Assembly: GCF_018977255.1 (NCBI RefSeq)
Contig: NW_024704743.1
Span: 99,760,001-99,824,000 of the forward strand
Reading direction: 5' to 3'
DNA: 64,000 nt
Source: Callorhinchus milii
Taxonomy: Eukaryota
In this document: one piece after another, positions 51,393-64,000 of the stretch
Position numbering within the stretch: position 1 is the stretch's first letter
Layout of the letters: the number at the start of each line of letters is the position of its first letter
Position numbers and translations under genes: made by a program
The notes under the pieces: generated by a model
What the model was told of the DNA's origin: nothing
Databases searched by the model: none
Seen by the model: the letters and a program-made list of their open reading frames with translations, nothing else

Positions 51393-52891
51393 TAATACTT
51401 TGATTGTCTGATAGAATGCATTCCTTTTCATTGATATTTCATCTGTAGTCATCCTGTGTGCCAATCCACCTTCCATTGAAAGTATCACATATTCCACACT
51501 CTCCTATAAGGGTTCAGGAGGTTAGCTTTCAGGCTGATTAATGATATTCACCCAATTGCACCATGGCTATCAAAACATGCCGCTGATAGATGGTCTGATG
51601 TACCGCGTACAAAATGCAGCACACATTCATATCAGCAACATTCAAAACTACGCAGATTCTTCAGAAAGGTAACAGCAAAGAGACCCCTATCACTCAGCAA
51701 ACCAAAATCTATCACAATGCTGTTAAAACCTTATTAAAGTGCTGCCACATGTTTCTCCATGTCTTCTCTAGGTGGTCACGCATTTGTTACACAACTGTCC
51801 TGCATATGCTGGAGTGATTCCAAACTGAAGCACGTCATCAGATGCTGCTCATAGCATCTGGTATATTATTCTTTTTAAAGGAAAAAATGGTTCAGTGAAG
51901 ATTCATGAATATGTTATTATGTAAAATGAATATGTAAGCAATAGCAGACCTCTCCATAGTTCAATCTTAAATCCACTTATTAATTTTTGTCCTAATTTAT
52001 ACTGCACAGAATTGAATTACTGCCAGGATTAGCAATCTGCTTGTCAAGAGTATGTATAGTTAGATCCAATCACACATTAGCAATAAAACGTTGTTTTCCT
52101 CCATATCGACAAATCATTTACAGACCATTAGAAGTGCAGCTCAGATATTGAATGACCATAATACAGTAAGTGATTGCAAAGTGACATCCTTATGATGGAC
52201 CATATATTTTATCTAGTTAGCAAGGACATAACACGGAATAGGTCTGCTTTTTTTTATCATGGGTGAAAAATGTGGTTTCAGAATAGATTTAGTAATTAAT
52301 GAATGTGTTAGCAAATTGTTAGGAAACCCCATTTACCCAGCTAATCTGAAAGACACTCCTGCCCACCCCGGTGCAATCATTCCCCCTGCCAACACCCCAC
52401 ACCCCCGCCCCCACCCCCATAAAAATGAACAGATAGAACCTAAGGGACTTTGTGGATAAGATACCTATGGTACATCATCTTAAGGAAGTCGATTCTTCAC
52501 ATGAATGCAATTTTACTGGTCTTGGGTCTATCAACATGGAAAGTTCCTACCACCAAAATCAGCAACTTTGCTGACCAGCAGAAGATTGAGCTAATAAAAA
52601 TCCTTATATTCAGGATGGCACTTTTCATGTCAGGAGAACATTTCAAACGCTTCACAGGATATACGTATCCTGCAGGGAGTGTGTGTTTTGTGGGCAAATG
52701 CTGCAGCCAATTGTGGTGAGTTCAGCTATGCTGTTGTGGGTTTACAGTGAGTTGTGCTAAATGTCATGGGAAACTGAATCAATACTGATTTTTTNGTTAT
52801 ATCTTCAGAGTGCACTGGCTGCCTGTCCCTGTCCCATATTTTTCTACTCTTAGCTTCTCCTTCATGCATGCTTCATGAGAATGCACAGTAT

Positions 52892-53240
52892 TGTGGAGTC
52901 CTGTAGCTCAGTGGTTAGAGCACTCGCTTTGCAAGTGAGAGACCTGAGTTCAATTCCAGGCAGGGCGAAACCTTGGCCAAGTTTCCTTACTCCACACACT
53001 CCACTCCACACAGAGCCTAATAATAATCCCTCCAAAAAAACAAAACAATAATAACTTGTTCATTTTCAATCTACGACTGTTTGTGGGACATTGCTGTGCG
53101 CAATTGGCTGCCACGTTCACCCACAAATATACAGTCAATTCACTTTACAGTGTGTTCTGTGAAGCGCTTTGGGACGTCTTCCTGACGTGAAAAGCGCTAT
53201 ATCAAATGCAAGGATTATTTATTTATTATTTATTATTTAT
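52892..53240 (+). mobile_element. Young tRNA-derived SINE (short form)
   Basis: Full copy with a small internal actcc(ac) duplication. Confidence 0.92.
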
Positions 53241-53779
53241 TCAAGAAGTACTGTGATGCAGCAAAATCATTATGTATCTCAAAGCTGTCCTTTTTATAGT
53301 TACACCTGCAATTTATTAATATAAGAGATGACAGAGAGTGGCATAACATTTTCAACTTTGCAACTCAGCACCTAGCAAACCAAATTCACATGCCACAGGG
53401 ATCTGAATCTTTGTACAGATTCATTTGAGGTACCAGAGAGTCAGCTCCTACACTCCTATAGCTTCAGTGTAACTCTTCCCAAGCTATCCGTCCTGTGGCT
53501 TTTCCGGTCAAGCTTATCAAATGAATTTGTTATTTGTAGTCACAGAGTACCATTGCAACCCACTGAGCAACGCACTCCACCTGCCAGGATCCCTGCTCTT
53601 TTCTAAGTAACTACTAAAATAACTTCCTCCACAATTAGCTAAGAGTTGGATATAGAGCCTGTTAGAACTTACAAAAGAAACAAGCAGCCATTAAAACATT
53701 CACGTACCTTTTCGGCAATGCTGTCAAAATCATAAGTGATCTCAACATTAAATCAAATTTCTTTACCCACTGCAAATGT

Positions 53780-54243
53780 TGAAAACTCCACTCCCCGATC
53801 ACCCCAGTCCTTGCCGGAGTGCACTGGCTGCCTGTCCCAGAGAGGATCGACTTCAAGATCCTCACCCTTGTATTCAAATCCGTCCAACTCCTCCCCACCC
53901 CCCTACCTCTCTGACCTCCTCTCTCCTCAAAACAGTACCCGTTGTCTTTGTTCCTCCAGGTCTGGCCTCCTCCTCGTTTCCCAAGTCCTCTGCTCCACCC
54001 TCGGCAGTCATGCTTCAGCCACTATGCCCCGAGGCTCTGGAATTCCCTTCCTCACTCCCTTCGCTTCGCACCCTCTCCCTATTTTCAGGTCTCCGCTGAA
54101 GACCTTTCTCTTCGACTGTGCCTTTGGTCACCTCCCTCCCCCTCCCCCTGGCTCGGCGCCGGGATCCGTTACTGTAAAACGCTCTGAGATGCCGTCCGGA
54201 GTGGAGGGCGCTATATAAATCCAAGTTGTTGTAGTTGTTGTTG
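53780..54243 (+). mobile_element. L2 LINE 3' fragment
   Basis: LHWLPV..RIDFKIL-like coding and gcgctatataaatccaagttgttg tail. Confidence 0.85.
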
Positions 54244-54773
54244 AAAATGTCTGTAGCAGATTTTCAGTAGGAATGTGCTTTGGATCTAGGAGGCTTTCAT
54301 GTAGGATTCAGTGAAACAACAAGTAAAAGTTTGATTAGACAGCTTCAGAGAATGCAAATAAAAAGACAAAGATTTTGAAAGTCCCTGAATGCCCTTGATT
54401 TTCTTTGTGTTCAGTGATCTTTACCTACCACTGATTTTGGCAAAGAAAAAACTATTGATTTGATTTCCCACGACATTTAACACAACTCACTGTAAACACA
54501 GAACAGCATAGCTGAACTCAACACAATTTTAAATGTCATTTCCATGCTTCCACCTTTATTCATGTCTAATCCTCGGAGCTAACAAATGTTCTATTATGAA
54601 GTAATTCTGTGGTGATCTCAAATTCCATTTTAGACCTGTGCACCTTAAGTGTGTTTGACCCTCTTGGACCTCCTAAAATTACGCTTCAAAATTGTCCTGC
54701 TGCCTTGGCATATGTGAAATGAGGGTTGTCATTTTATCATCCGTGATCAAAGTTCCTTGCCCTGGTGAATGAC

Positions 54774-55139
54774 AATAATAATAATCCTTGCATTTGATAT
54801 AGTGCCTTATCACGTCTTTGAGACATCTAAAAGCGCTTCACAGAATATATTGTAAGGTGAATTGACTGTATATTTTGTGGAAGGCAGCCAATTGCGCACA
54901 GCGGATCTCACAAACAGTTATGGATTGAATGACCATTTTTTAAAAGAGATTATTACCCTCGGAAACCAATCCGCCAATTGACTAACAACGTGGTTCCAAC
55001 TTACTGCTAAGTAAACAGAGGCATGTGGAGTAAGGAAACTTGCCTAAGGTTTTGCACCACCCGGGAGTCGAACCCAGGTCCTCTCGCTTGCCAGGCAAGT
55101 GCTCTAACCTCTAACCTATTTGTGCTACAGGACTCCACA
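54774..55139 (-). mobile_element. tRNA-derived SINE (long form)
   Basis: Reverse copy with A/B boxes, internal segment and (TTA)n tail. Confidence 0.85.
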
Positions 55140-57399
55140 AATAGTTTCAAATCAATGCACTTAAATGAATTTTAACACAAAAGAAACTTCAGCCATTAAT
55201 CCCAGGATGGGAATGAATATACTGCTTTCAATTATATATACCTGTATGATATCTGATATATTTAGTGATTCATTATCAAATGAATGTGGATTTAGAAGTA
55301 TTAAGACTAACACCATTTCCTCCAATCCAATCCAAAATCTGAAAGAAAAAATAACACAGGATATGTAAGAAAATTACAACAATAAAACATATGCAGGGAA
55401 GATGCTAATGAACCATTGACTCAGCAATTTGGTCGTCTCTGAGTTAACATGGTTCTCAGGTGAGAATTAAGCTTCCTGCAGTAGAGACTCATAAAACACA
55501 TAATGTGAGGTTTGGCCAAGATGAAGTTTCAGTCCAATTACTTTGTCCTGCCATTACAGCATCAAGCTGTTTTCTTTAAAGTAGGTTGTATCCTGGCCTC
55601 AACTACCCTTCGCACAAACACTTTCCAGCTGTTCCTCTGTTTAATGAAATGCATCCTGGTGTCTGTCCTAAAATTACACTGCACAATTGTCCTGCTACCT
55701 TGGCATATGTGAAATGAAGGTTGTCATTTTATCATCTGTGATCAAAATTCCTTGCCCTGGTGTAGCAACGGTAATGAAATAGTACTAAATATACAACACT
55801 GTTTTTTCCAGTAACTGCTATTAACGCTGATTTTACATTGAATGGGAAATACTCCTTATAGCCTCCTTCCTTCATTTATGACTGACATAATAGTCAATGC
55901 TATTAATTATTCCCAAAATGAAACCTTTCAGTTTGTTTGTTTAAAGTCAATAAAACAACATTATTTTGGTACGAAGAGTGTATGATGCGTGTAGCTATTT
56001 TCAATCTCAATGAGACGAGCTTGTAGCCCTATCTGATACTATAGCACACTTTGTTGCATTCATAATTGGAGAAATAAATCCAGGATATAAAAGGAAGTGT
56101 TCAAAATTGACCTGAACTAGACACTTTAATCAAAGTAATGAATTAATATCACAGTTGCTAGGAAATAGTGCCTGACATGAATAAAAGCAAACACAGAAAG
56201 ATACACATGATAAAATGGTGTAAGAGGAAGGTTAATTTGGTCCTGTCCACCCTCCTGTAGAAGGTGAGAATAATTACTTAGCTCTGAAGAAAGAAATCAC
56301 GTAAGTGGCATCTGCCCTGTTGCTATTTTCTCCTGTTTCCCAGAGCTTGAGGTTTGCAGACGAATCGGGTTATTTGCTAATGTAAGAAAAAAGTTCATAA
56401 TTGCTCTTTAATGAGTTTCCAATTTTTAATCTGTGCACTGAAATATGCTCAAGCCAATTGTGGAACTGATACGTATTGGTTCAAATCAAATCCGCCCACC
56501 TCTGATGCAGTGAAAATATTACCCCAGTCACAGGGTTAGTCTTATTTTGGAGATATTTGCTGGGCTTATAAAATCACCATGATTTTGTGGAGCAGTCAGT
56601 TCACTTTGCTCAAAGCAAACAATTAAGCCTTAGAATACCAGCATCTCCACAATACTTTATTACAACCCAGTTGACTGTCTATTATGCTGCATTTTGGATT
56701 GACTCTGGCAACCTATAGACTTTGTTTGCAAAGGTTTGCAACAAGTCTAAATTACTGTAATAAATATTAGATGCTAAATCCTTCCCCAAGGTGGGGTAAA
56801 CTGAATCAATAATTACACAAGAAGAGATAGTTTTCAAAAATGTTTTTAAAGTGAATGTAAAATTTGGCTAAACATATCTATATCAAATGAATAAACAGGT
56901 GTTCCAGGTACTGAAAATGGAAATGGAAAACAACCTCTGGACTCCAAGTTGTAAAAGCTTTGACCAGTTAATTGGAATTACAATTGTCATGGGGTCACTG
57001 AGCTTTTACCAGAATTGAGGAAGATAACAACAACAACAAATTGCATTTATATAGCGCCCTTCACACAGGCTAGCATCCCAGAGCGCTATTTATATAGCAC
57101 CTGTCACATCGGAAGGACATCTCAAGATGCTGGATAAAAGAGAGTTGTCCGTAAACTTAAAGGCAATGCAGGCTCAATATCCTGATAAAATGCTCCTTCA
57201 CTTCTTTGTGCAGTATTAGTCTAGGTAGACACTGCAGTGTAATACTGGTAGAGGGTTGAATTGTTACTGGTGCCGTCCTTTAACTGAGAGGCAATAAATG
57301 CAATTTGTTGTTGTTGTTATTTTTATTAATTCTGATAAAAGCTCAGTGACTTGACAAGTGGTAGTTCCAATTAATCGCCTCTGAAAGGCAAACATCCCT

Positions 57400-59075
57400 T
57401 CCCCCTCCCTCAAAGTCACAAACGGCGTCCTCTCTATCTGTGATCAGGGCTCCCTCTGGTTCCTTGTCCTCCTGGATTTCTCTGCTGGGTTTGATATGGT
57501 CGACCATGCCATCCTCCTCCACCAGTTCTTCTCCCTCATCCACCTTAGTGGGACTACATTCTCATGGTTTGAGTCCTACTTAACCAATCGCCTCCATTTC
57601 ATCTCGGCAAATGGTTTCTCCTCCTGCCCCCACCTGGTCATCTGCAGGGTACCCCAGGACTCCATGCTTGGTTCTCTTCTTTTCCTTGTCTATAAGTTCC
57701 CTCTGGGTGATGTCATCTGCAGACATGGGATAAACTACCACATGTATGTAGATGACACACAAATCTACTTTGCCTCCTCCAGTAGCAACTCCAGGTCCGT
57801 CGATGATCTATCAGTTTGTCTGGCAGACATCAGGGCCTAGATGAGTGCAAACTTCCTGCACCTGAATGTGGACAAGACAGAAACAGTATCCTTGGCTCCC
57901 GTCAATGTTTTGTCCCGCGGATCTGAACTCAATCTCCCTGGGCTCTCCCTCAGACTCTCCAAACCAGTGCGCAATTAGGCATATGGTTCGACCCCCAGCT
58001 GTCCTTCCTCCCCCACATCAAAACCCTGACCAAGACCGCCTTCTTCCACCTCCGCCATATTGCCCACATTGCCACATTGACTGTACCTTACCCCAAATAC
58101 AGCCAAAACCTCGTTTGTCACCTCCCATCTGCATTACTCAAAAGCACTCCTCGCCGGTCTCCCAGCTCCGCTGTTCGAAAGATCCAGCTTATTCAGAACT
58201 CTGACACCCACATACTTACCCGGACCAAACTCCCTATCCCCATCTCACCCATTCTGGCCAGGCTCCATTGGCTCCCTTTCACCGAACGGATCAACTTCAA
58301 GATCCTCATGCTCATGTTCAAATTCCTTCACTCTCTGGCTCCTCCCTATCTCTCCAACCTTCTCACTCCTCAATCTACCACCCCGGTCCCTCCACTCGAC
58401 TGGCACCGGCTTCCTGCTCGTCCCTCGCACTCTCCGCCCCACTATTGGAGGTCATGCTTTCAGCTACAATATCTGAAACTCTGGAACACCCTCCCTCAAT
58501 GCCTCCACCTTGCCCTCTCTCTCCTTTTTCAAGTCCCATCTGAAAACCTTCCTCTTCGACCATGCTTACCCCACTGGGATCCTCACCCTCACCTACAAGG
58601 CCATTCACGGCCTTGCTCCCCTCCACCTCTCCGACCTACTATCCCCCGACCTACCTGCCCGTACCCTCTGTTCCTCTGGCTCCGGTCTGCTCCACATCCC
58701 CCGCCCCAACCGCCCTACCATCGGTGGCCGGGCCTTCAGCCTCTCAGCCCCGAGGCTCTGGAACTCTATCCCCCAGTGCCTTCGCCGCCTCCTCCCTTTC
58801 CTCCTTCAAGGCCGGTCTCAAGACCTTTCTCTTTGACCGTGCCTTCAGCTCCCCTCTCGACTCTCTACCCCCTCCTCGCTCCCTCCCTTCCCTCCCCTCA
58901 CCCTGACCATTTCCCCTCTGCTCGGGTCCTGACCCAACTGTACAGCGCCTTGGGACGTCCTCCCGATGTGAAAGGCGCTCAACAAATGGAATCTTGTTGT
59001 TGTTGTTGTTGTTAAGTGCTCTGAGACGCTACCCTGTGTGGAGGGTGCTATACAAGTGCAAGTTGTTGTTGTTGA
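57400..59075 (+). mobile_element. L2 LINE RT-3' fragment with a second 3' segment and two tails
   Basis: MVDHAILL, HMYVDDTQIYF, LHWLPFTERINFKIL. Restart near 58577. (TTG)n tails at about 59013 and 59073. Confidence 0.9.
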
Positions 59076-59811
59076 AATGTTAAACTGAGGTCCCCATTGG
59101 CCTATTCAGATGGACATTAAAGATCCCATGGCACTATTTGAGAAGAGAAAGGAGTTTCTGCCAATGTCCTAGCCAATGATTCATCAGATAAAATTGGTCA
59201 TTCACTTTATGGTTGTTTGTAGCTGATTGGCGATGTGTTCACCTACAAATACGCAATAACTACACTTATAGCTAAATTCTGTGAAGCTCTTTGTGATGTT
59301 TTAAGACCATGATAAGGTGTTATATCAACTGTAAGGATTAATATTAAGGTTTATTAACACTAGACAATACACAAAGTACATACTAATAGGTGCACTTCCT
59401 AAGCTTACTTCAAGCAAAACACATCTACACATTGGATGCTGCTAGAAACTCTGAGCACAGTTACTGCTGTAGGGAGCACTGACCTGAACCTACACAAATC
59501 TGATTATAATAACTATCTTCTAAAATGTGGAGAAAATCTTTTCAGAATGAAGTTGGAATCTGTTTCAGACTATAACATGCTCAAAAAAGAAACTGCAGAA
59601 AAATAAATTCAACTACACTGCTCAGATAAATTGTTTTTTTCTTTTGCAAAATCCATATGGATGATGAGTGCAAAGAATTTCTTTCAATTTCTCCAAAACC
59701 TGCTATAACCCCGGGTTAGTATCTATTGACTTGTGATTCCTGAACTGTTTTACTTGGGAATATTGTAGAATGAATGCTCAGTGCTGCTAAGAGAGAATGG
59801 CTGTCTTGGGA

Positions 59812-60054
59812 AGAAATTCCACTTGGGTCTAGATTTACTCTAATGATGTAGAATTTTAGATCATCGAGAATTTGAAAAATTGTTGAACTGAATCTTAACT
59901 TTGAAATTGGGTTCCTGTAGTTCTTAAAATATGTTCAACTGAAAAATAACTGAAAACAGGCTTCAAAAATTCAAGCAGCAGTTAAGAATTTACCACATTT
60001 TGGATATTCTGAACTGCTGCAGAAATAGTAAATCTAGACCAAAGTAGAATTTCT
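59812..60054. mobile_element. MITE-like element with 28-bp terminal inverted repeats
   Basis: agaaattccacttgggtctagatttact versus agtaaatctagaccaaagtagaatttct (26/28 complementary). A related half lies at about 5839-5900. Confidence 0.65.
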
Positions 60055-61534
60055 CCTCTACCTTGCTCCAGGTTTTCTAAGTTCCCCAAAATAGAAACTC
60101 TGCTGTTATGGCAGGATAGTTGTCTGTTGGTGGAGACATTTCAGTATGGTGTAAGTACCCTTCAGACTTTCGTAACATCATGGCCACTATTCTCAAATCC
60201 AATTGGTTCCTGTCTCACTTCACAAGGTCACAAGATTGGAAGTGCTGCTCTTCAGATGAAACATTAAACCAAAGTCCCATCAGATGAACAAGTCCCATAA
60301 TTCTATTTGAAAAGAGAAGGGAGTTTCTCCTACTGACCAGCAATCCTCCAGATAAGATTGATCCTTCACTTCCTGGTTGTTTGTGGGATGTTGCTGTGCA
60401 CAAACTGGCTATCATGTTCATCTAAAATTACAGTCTCTACACTTTACAGCATGCTGATTCTTAAACAAGTCCTGATTCCTGACTGTTGCCATCTCTCCTG
60501 AACCAGTTTATCCAACTGTTGACCACTCTGCCAAGCTTATATCCTTGCATCTATTTTATAAATGCCATACACGTCTTCCTAAACCCTTTCCCAACTCTAC
60601 CTTTTTTTTATGATTGTGAGAGGGCTTGAGGTAAGAATGGCTTCCTGTAGGTGGAACATCTGGAATGGTACTTGACTGTAGGTGAACCTGAACCCCAGTA
60701 GGAATCAGGAGAGGCTCAAGCTGCGAACTACTTCTGTTTGACCAAATTTATTAGTAGTCCCTGGGAGAATAAAATATTTGACCTGGAGTACTGAACAATC
60801 TTACGGTATAGTGCATGAAATACACTAGTAAACCGCTGCATTTATAAAAAAAAGCAATATCAAACAGTACTCTCTTGAGCTCACAGTCTATTAATAATAA
60901 TAATGATGGACTTGCATTTGGTGTAACTCCTTTCTTGCCGGGAGGATGTCTCAAAATGCTTCACAGGATTTTTACTGTAAACTGTTGTGATTGTATCTTT
61001 AACATCCATCTGAAGAGGGGAATAAGACTTCAGTTTAACATCTCGCCCACGTTTCGCCCACAAAAACATACAGTCAGTTCACTATACTGTATATTTGAGA
61101 CGTTTCGAAGACATGATAAAGCACTAAATCAAATGCAAGGATTATTATTATTACTATTATTATCTCACCCAAAAGACATCACTTCTGTCAATGCAGCACT
61201 TCTCTAGCTTTGCAATTGAGTGTCAGCCTAGACTATAAACTAATGTGGGTCTTGAACTCACAACCTTCTGATTCAAAACCAGGTTGACATTGGGTAGGTT
61301 TTATGACCAAGTTTCAGTCCAATTTTAGCTGAGCTGCTAAGTGATGATGGCAATGGTGTTAAATGTGAGTCAGAGGTTCTATGCTATATATATCTAAATA
61401 ATAAAAATATATATATAATTGAAAATTATTAATTTATATCAAAGCAGCTGTAAAGATGTTTGAAGAGAAACAGTCAGTCCTGTTTAGGCCTGCTGAAATT
61501 CCGTTCTGAAGCCACTCTCAGTTCCAAATTCTCT

Positions 61535-61950
61535 CAACAATAACAACAACAACAACTTATATTTATATCGCGCCCTTCAAGCCAGGTAGCATCCAGGAGC
61601 AATTAACAATGGCGGAGTCTGACCCTGAGCCAGTGGGAGAGGGAGGTGGGAGGTGACTGTAAGCACCATCAAAAAGGAAGGTCTTTAGGCAGGATTTGAA
61701 AGTTGTGAGGGAGGGGGCAAGGCTGAGCGATTGGGGGAGAGAGTTTCAGAGCTTAGGGGCGTAGTGACTGAAAGCATGGCTGCCGGTGGTGAAGTGGAGC
61801 GAGCAAGGGACGAACAGGAGGCCAGAGCCAGCTAGCAGAGGCAGCGGATGGTGGAGTGGAGGTTGAGCAAGTTGGAAAAGTAGGGAGGTTCGAGGGCATG
61901 AAGGGATTTGAAAACGAGAGAGAGGATCTTAAGTCAATCTGTTCGGAAAT
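61535..61950 (-). mobile_element. L2 LINE 3' fragment
   Basis: (CAA)n tail on the + strand followed by reverse L2 3' sequence. Confidence 0.8.
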
Positions 61951-62509
61951 TGAGCAATTCCATTTGTTTGAAATCTACTGGTCAAAGCCTGCAGAATACC
62001 TGCATAATACAAAGCTTGCTACCTGCTTAAATATACAGTAACTACAAAAGTTAATTGTTATTGTAGATTCGGAAGAAATGGTAACAGCAGAGTTCTTGTT
62101 TTACACTTCAATCATAGAAGGAAGCTTCCTACACACAATTCTGAAACTGACAAACATAATACTTGCTTGAGAAGTTGAAAAAGACCTAAGAGTATTAGTT
62201 GACTCATCGCTCACCATGTCAAGACTGTGAGAATCAGCAATAAATAAGGCTAACAGGACGCTGGGTAATAGCCGAATCAGTCGAGTTCAGACACCCAGAA
62301 GTTATACTCAAGTTGCATATTGTTCTTGTCAGATGGTACCTTGTTGTATTACAAATAATTCTGATCACCACAACATAAAGGGGATGCCCAGACCCTAAAA
62401 CTAGTGCAGGAGTGAACATGTTCCTAGTACTAGAGAGATGTGCTATAAGGAATGTTTAGATAAGCTAGAGCTTTCCAGGCTTTAAAAAAAAGATCTAGCA
62501 AGGGACATT

Positions 62510-62532
62510 TTATATATATATATATATATATA
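62510..62532. repeat. (TA)n microsatellite
   Basis: Direct reading. Confidence 0.9.
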
Positions 62533-64000
62533 ATGCTAAATGGGATCAAGAAAGTAAACCCCGAATAATCCTTTCAGATACATCAAAATGGTAGAACAAG
62601 ACAGCACAAGTTCAGGAATTTTGGAATAAAGTCAAGAATCTGTGATGGTCTCTGGTCCAGTTCCTGAACCTGGCAGGTTTGCAGTGCTCCAGGATACTGC
62701 TGATGACAGACCAGCCAGCATGGTTCATCAGCAGTACTTGGAAGGGCAGACTGGGAGCAGAAATTCTTCCCACTCAGCTCCTGCTAACCCTTCAAGCCAA
62801 AGCCCTAACTGATAGTATAGTCCTAGCTGGACAAGCAACAGGAGGCTTGCCAGACAACTCTCTCTGCCTTTTTATCTGGTTAAACTCCAGCAGTGCACCA
62901 ACATACAGTCTGCAGACCCCAAGCCTTGGCTCTTGCCTCCACCTTCTTCTTCTCCACTGTGATAAATGCACTAATAGCTGTTGTACCCAAACTGTAGGAC
63001 AAAAACTCCTCTGTATTGTTCTATCATTGATGTGATAATAATTTGAAAACTTCCCCTAAAATAGCCTCAGCAATGTCAGATCTGCCAAGATAACTACTGT
63101 ACCTTGATCAATCTTTTCAGCTGCTGGATGCTGCAAGAGCTTCTCATGAACAACCTTTCAACCAGCCTTTCAATAGGCTACCTTGTCCTTTTTCTCTCCT
63201 TTATCACTACAGATTTGAATCCTGGTGGTTTCTGAGAGTTAGGAATGTTAAAAGGAGCATTAAAGAAGGCCAATCCACCTGTTGGTCTGATGTGCCTACA
63301 TTCTGCCCCTGTTTACACATGTCTAGATTATTAGCGAGCACAGCAATAGTGATCTCTGGCCTTTAGACTTTGCTTCTTTGATATAAACAACATAAAACAA
63401 AATGCTTTGGCTGACTGTTGGAGCCTGAGAAACCTGACGTTTCACAGTCAGGTTCAACAATAGTTTGCACCAAAAATGATTTTTAAAGATCGATATTTTC
63501 AGTAAAATTAGCAAGTACAGAAATACTGATCTCTAGTCTTGTGACGTCATTTCTTTGATCAAAACATCAACAAACAGTTCCTGTTCTGACCCTGATGGGT
63601 GTTGCAATAAAAATTCTATAATATTAAATTTATTGTGTTATTCGATGCAAGCACCAGTACCAAGCTCCCTAATAAATAATTCAGTGATATATTTCCCTGT
63701 ATATGATTTCCATATGCTTTCCAGTTGTATTTCAGAGATGTATTTCTTTTCACTTTTTTTTTGAAACCTTGAAGGTGATTATTATTCCCCACAAAATACA
63801 CAGACATTATATTTTACAAAATATCTTGTGAAGTGGTTTGAGACGTTCTCCCAATACAAGGATTGTTATCCTAATGGTCACCAAATATTGTAAAGGTCAT
63901 TGTTCAGACAGGCTTATTCCAAACTTATTTTAGATCAGTAAGCTTCCCGAAATAAATCACGGAAGAACCTTTCATTCATTGTGGATAGTTTTGACATTGG

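Noticed and set aside
51730..51857. Possible further 5' pseudo-exon on the minus strand
   Set aside because: AG/GT bounded but with no recognisable motif, so it was left outside the called span.
55560..55762. Integrase-like HQGKEF motif on the minus strand
   Set aside because: Short match only, and downstream integrase motifs are absent.
58077..59015. 312-aa ORF
   Set aside because: Chance read-through of C-rich L2 3' fragments.
63542..63549. Perfect CRE TGACGTCA (also 38150-38157)
   Set aside because: An 8-mer that can arise by chance in 64 kb, with no promoter context.
10003..64000. ABCB10, the downstream neighbour of TAF5L in mammals
   Set aside because: No ABC-transporter exons were recognised on either strand.

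Overview
AT-rich, repeat-dense vertebrate genomic DNA. The SINE/LINE complement suggests a cartilaginous fish, probably a holocephalan such as Callorhinchus (inference). The only intact coding segment is the terminal WD40 exon of TAF5L (+, about 9145/9160-10002). Most of the rest is tRNA-derived SINEs, CR1 and L2 LINE fragments, Penelope-like termini and MITE-like elements. Between the repeats, on the minus strand from about 50 kb down to about 18 kb, is a chain of about 20 segments, most bounded by AG/GT and all full of stops and frameshifts. Hand translation gives, in order, DH(RhoGEF)-like, PH-like, a second PH-like, VPS9-like and several RGS-like remnants. I read this as a heavily decayed unprocessed pseudogene of a multidomain GTPase regulator whose architecture I cannot match to a named vertebrate gene. 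All domain calls were made by eye and need HMM confirmation.
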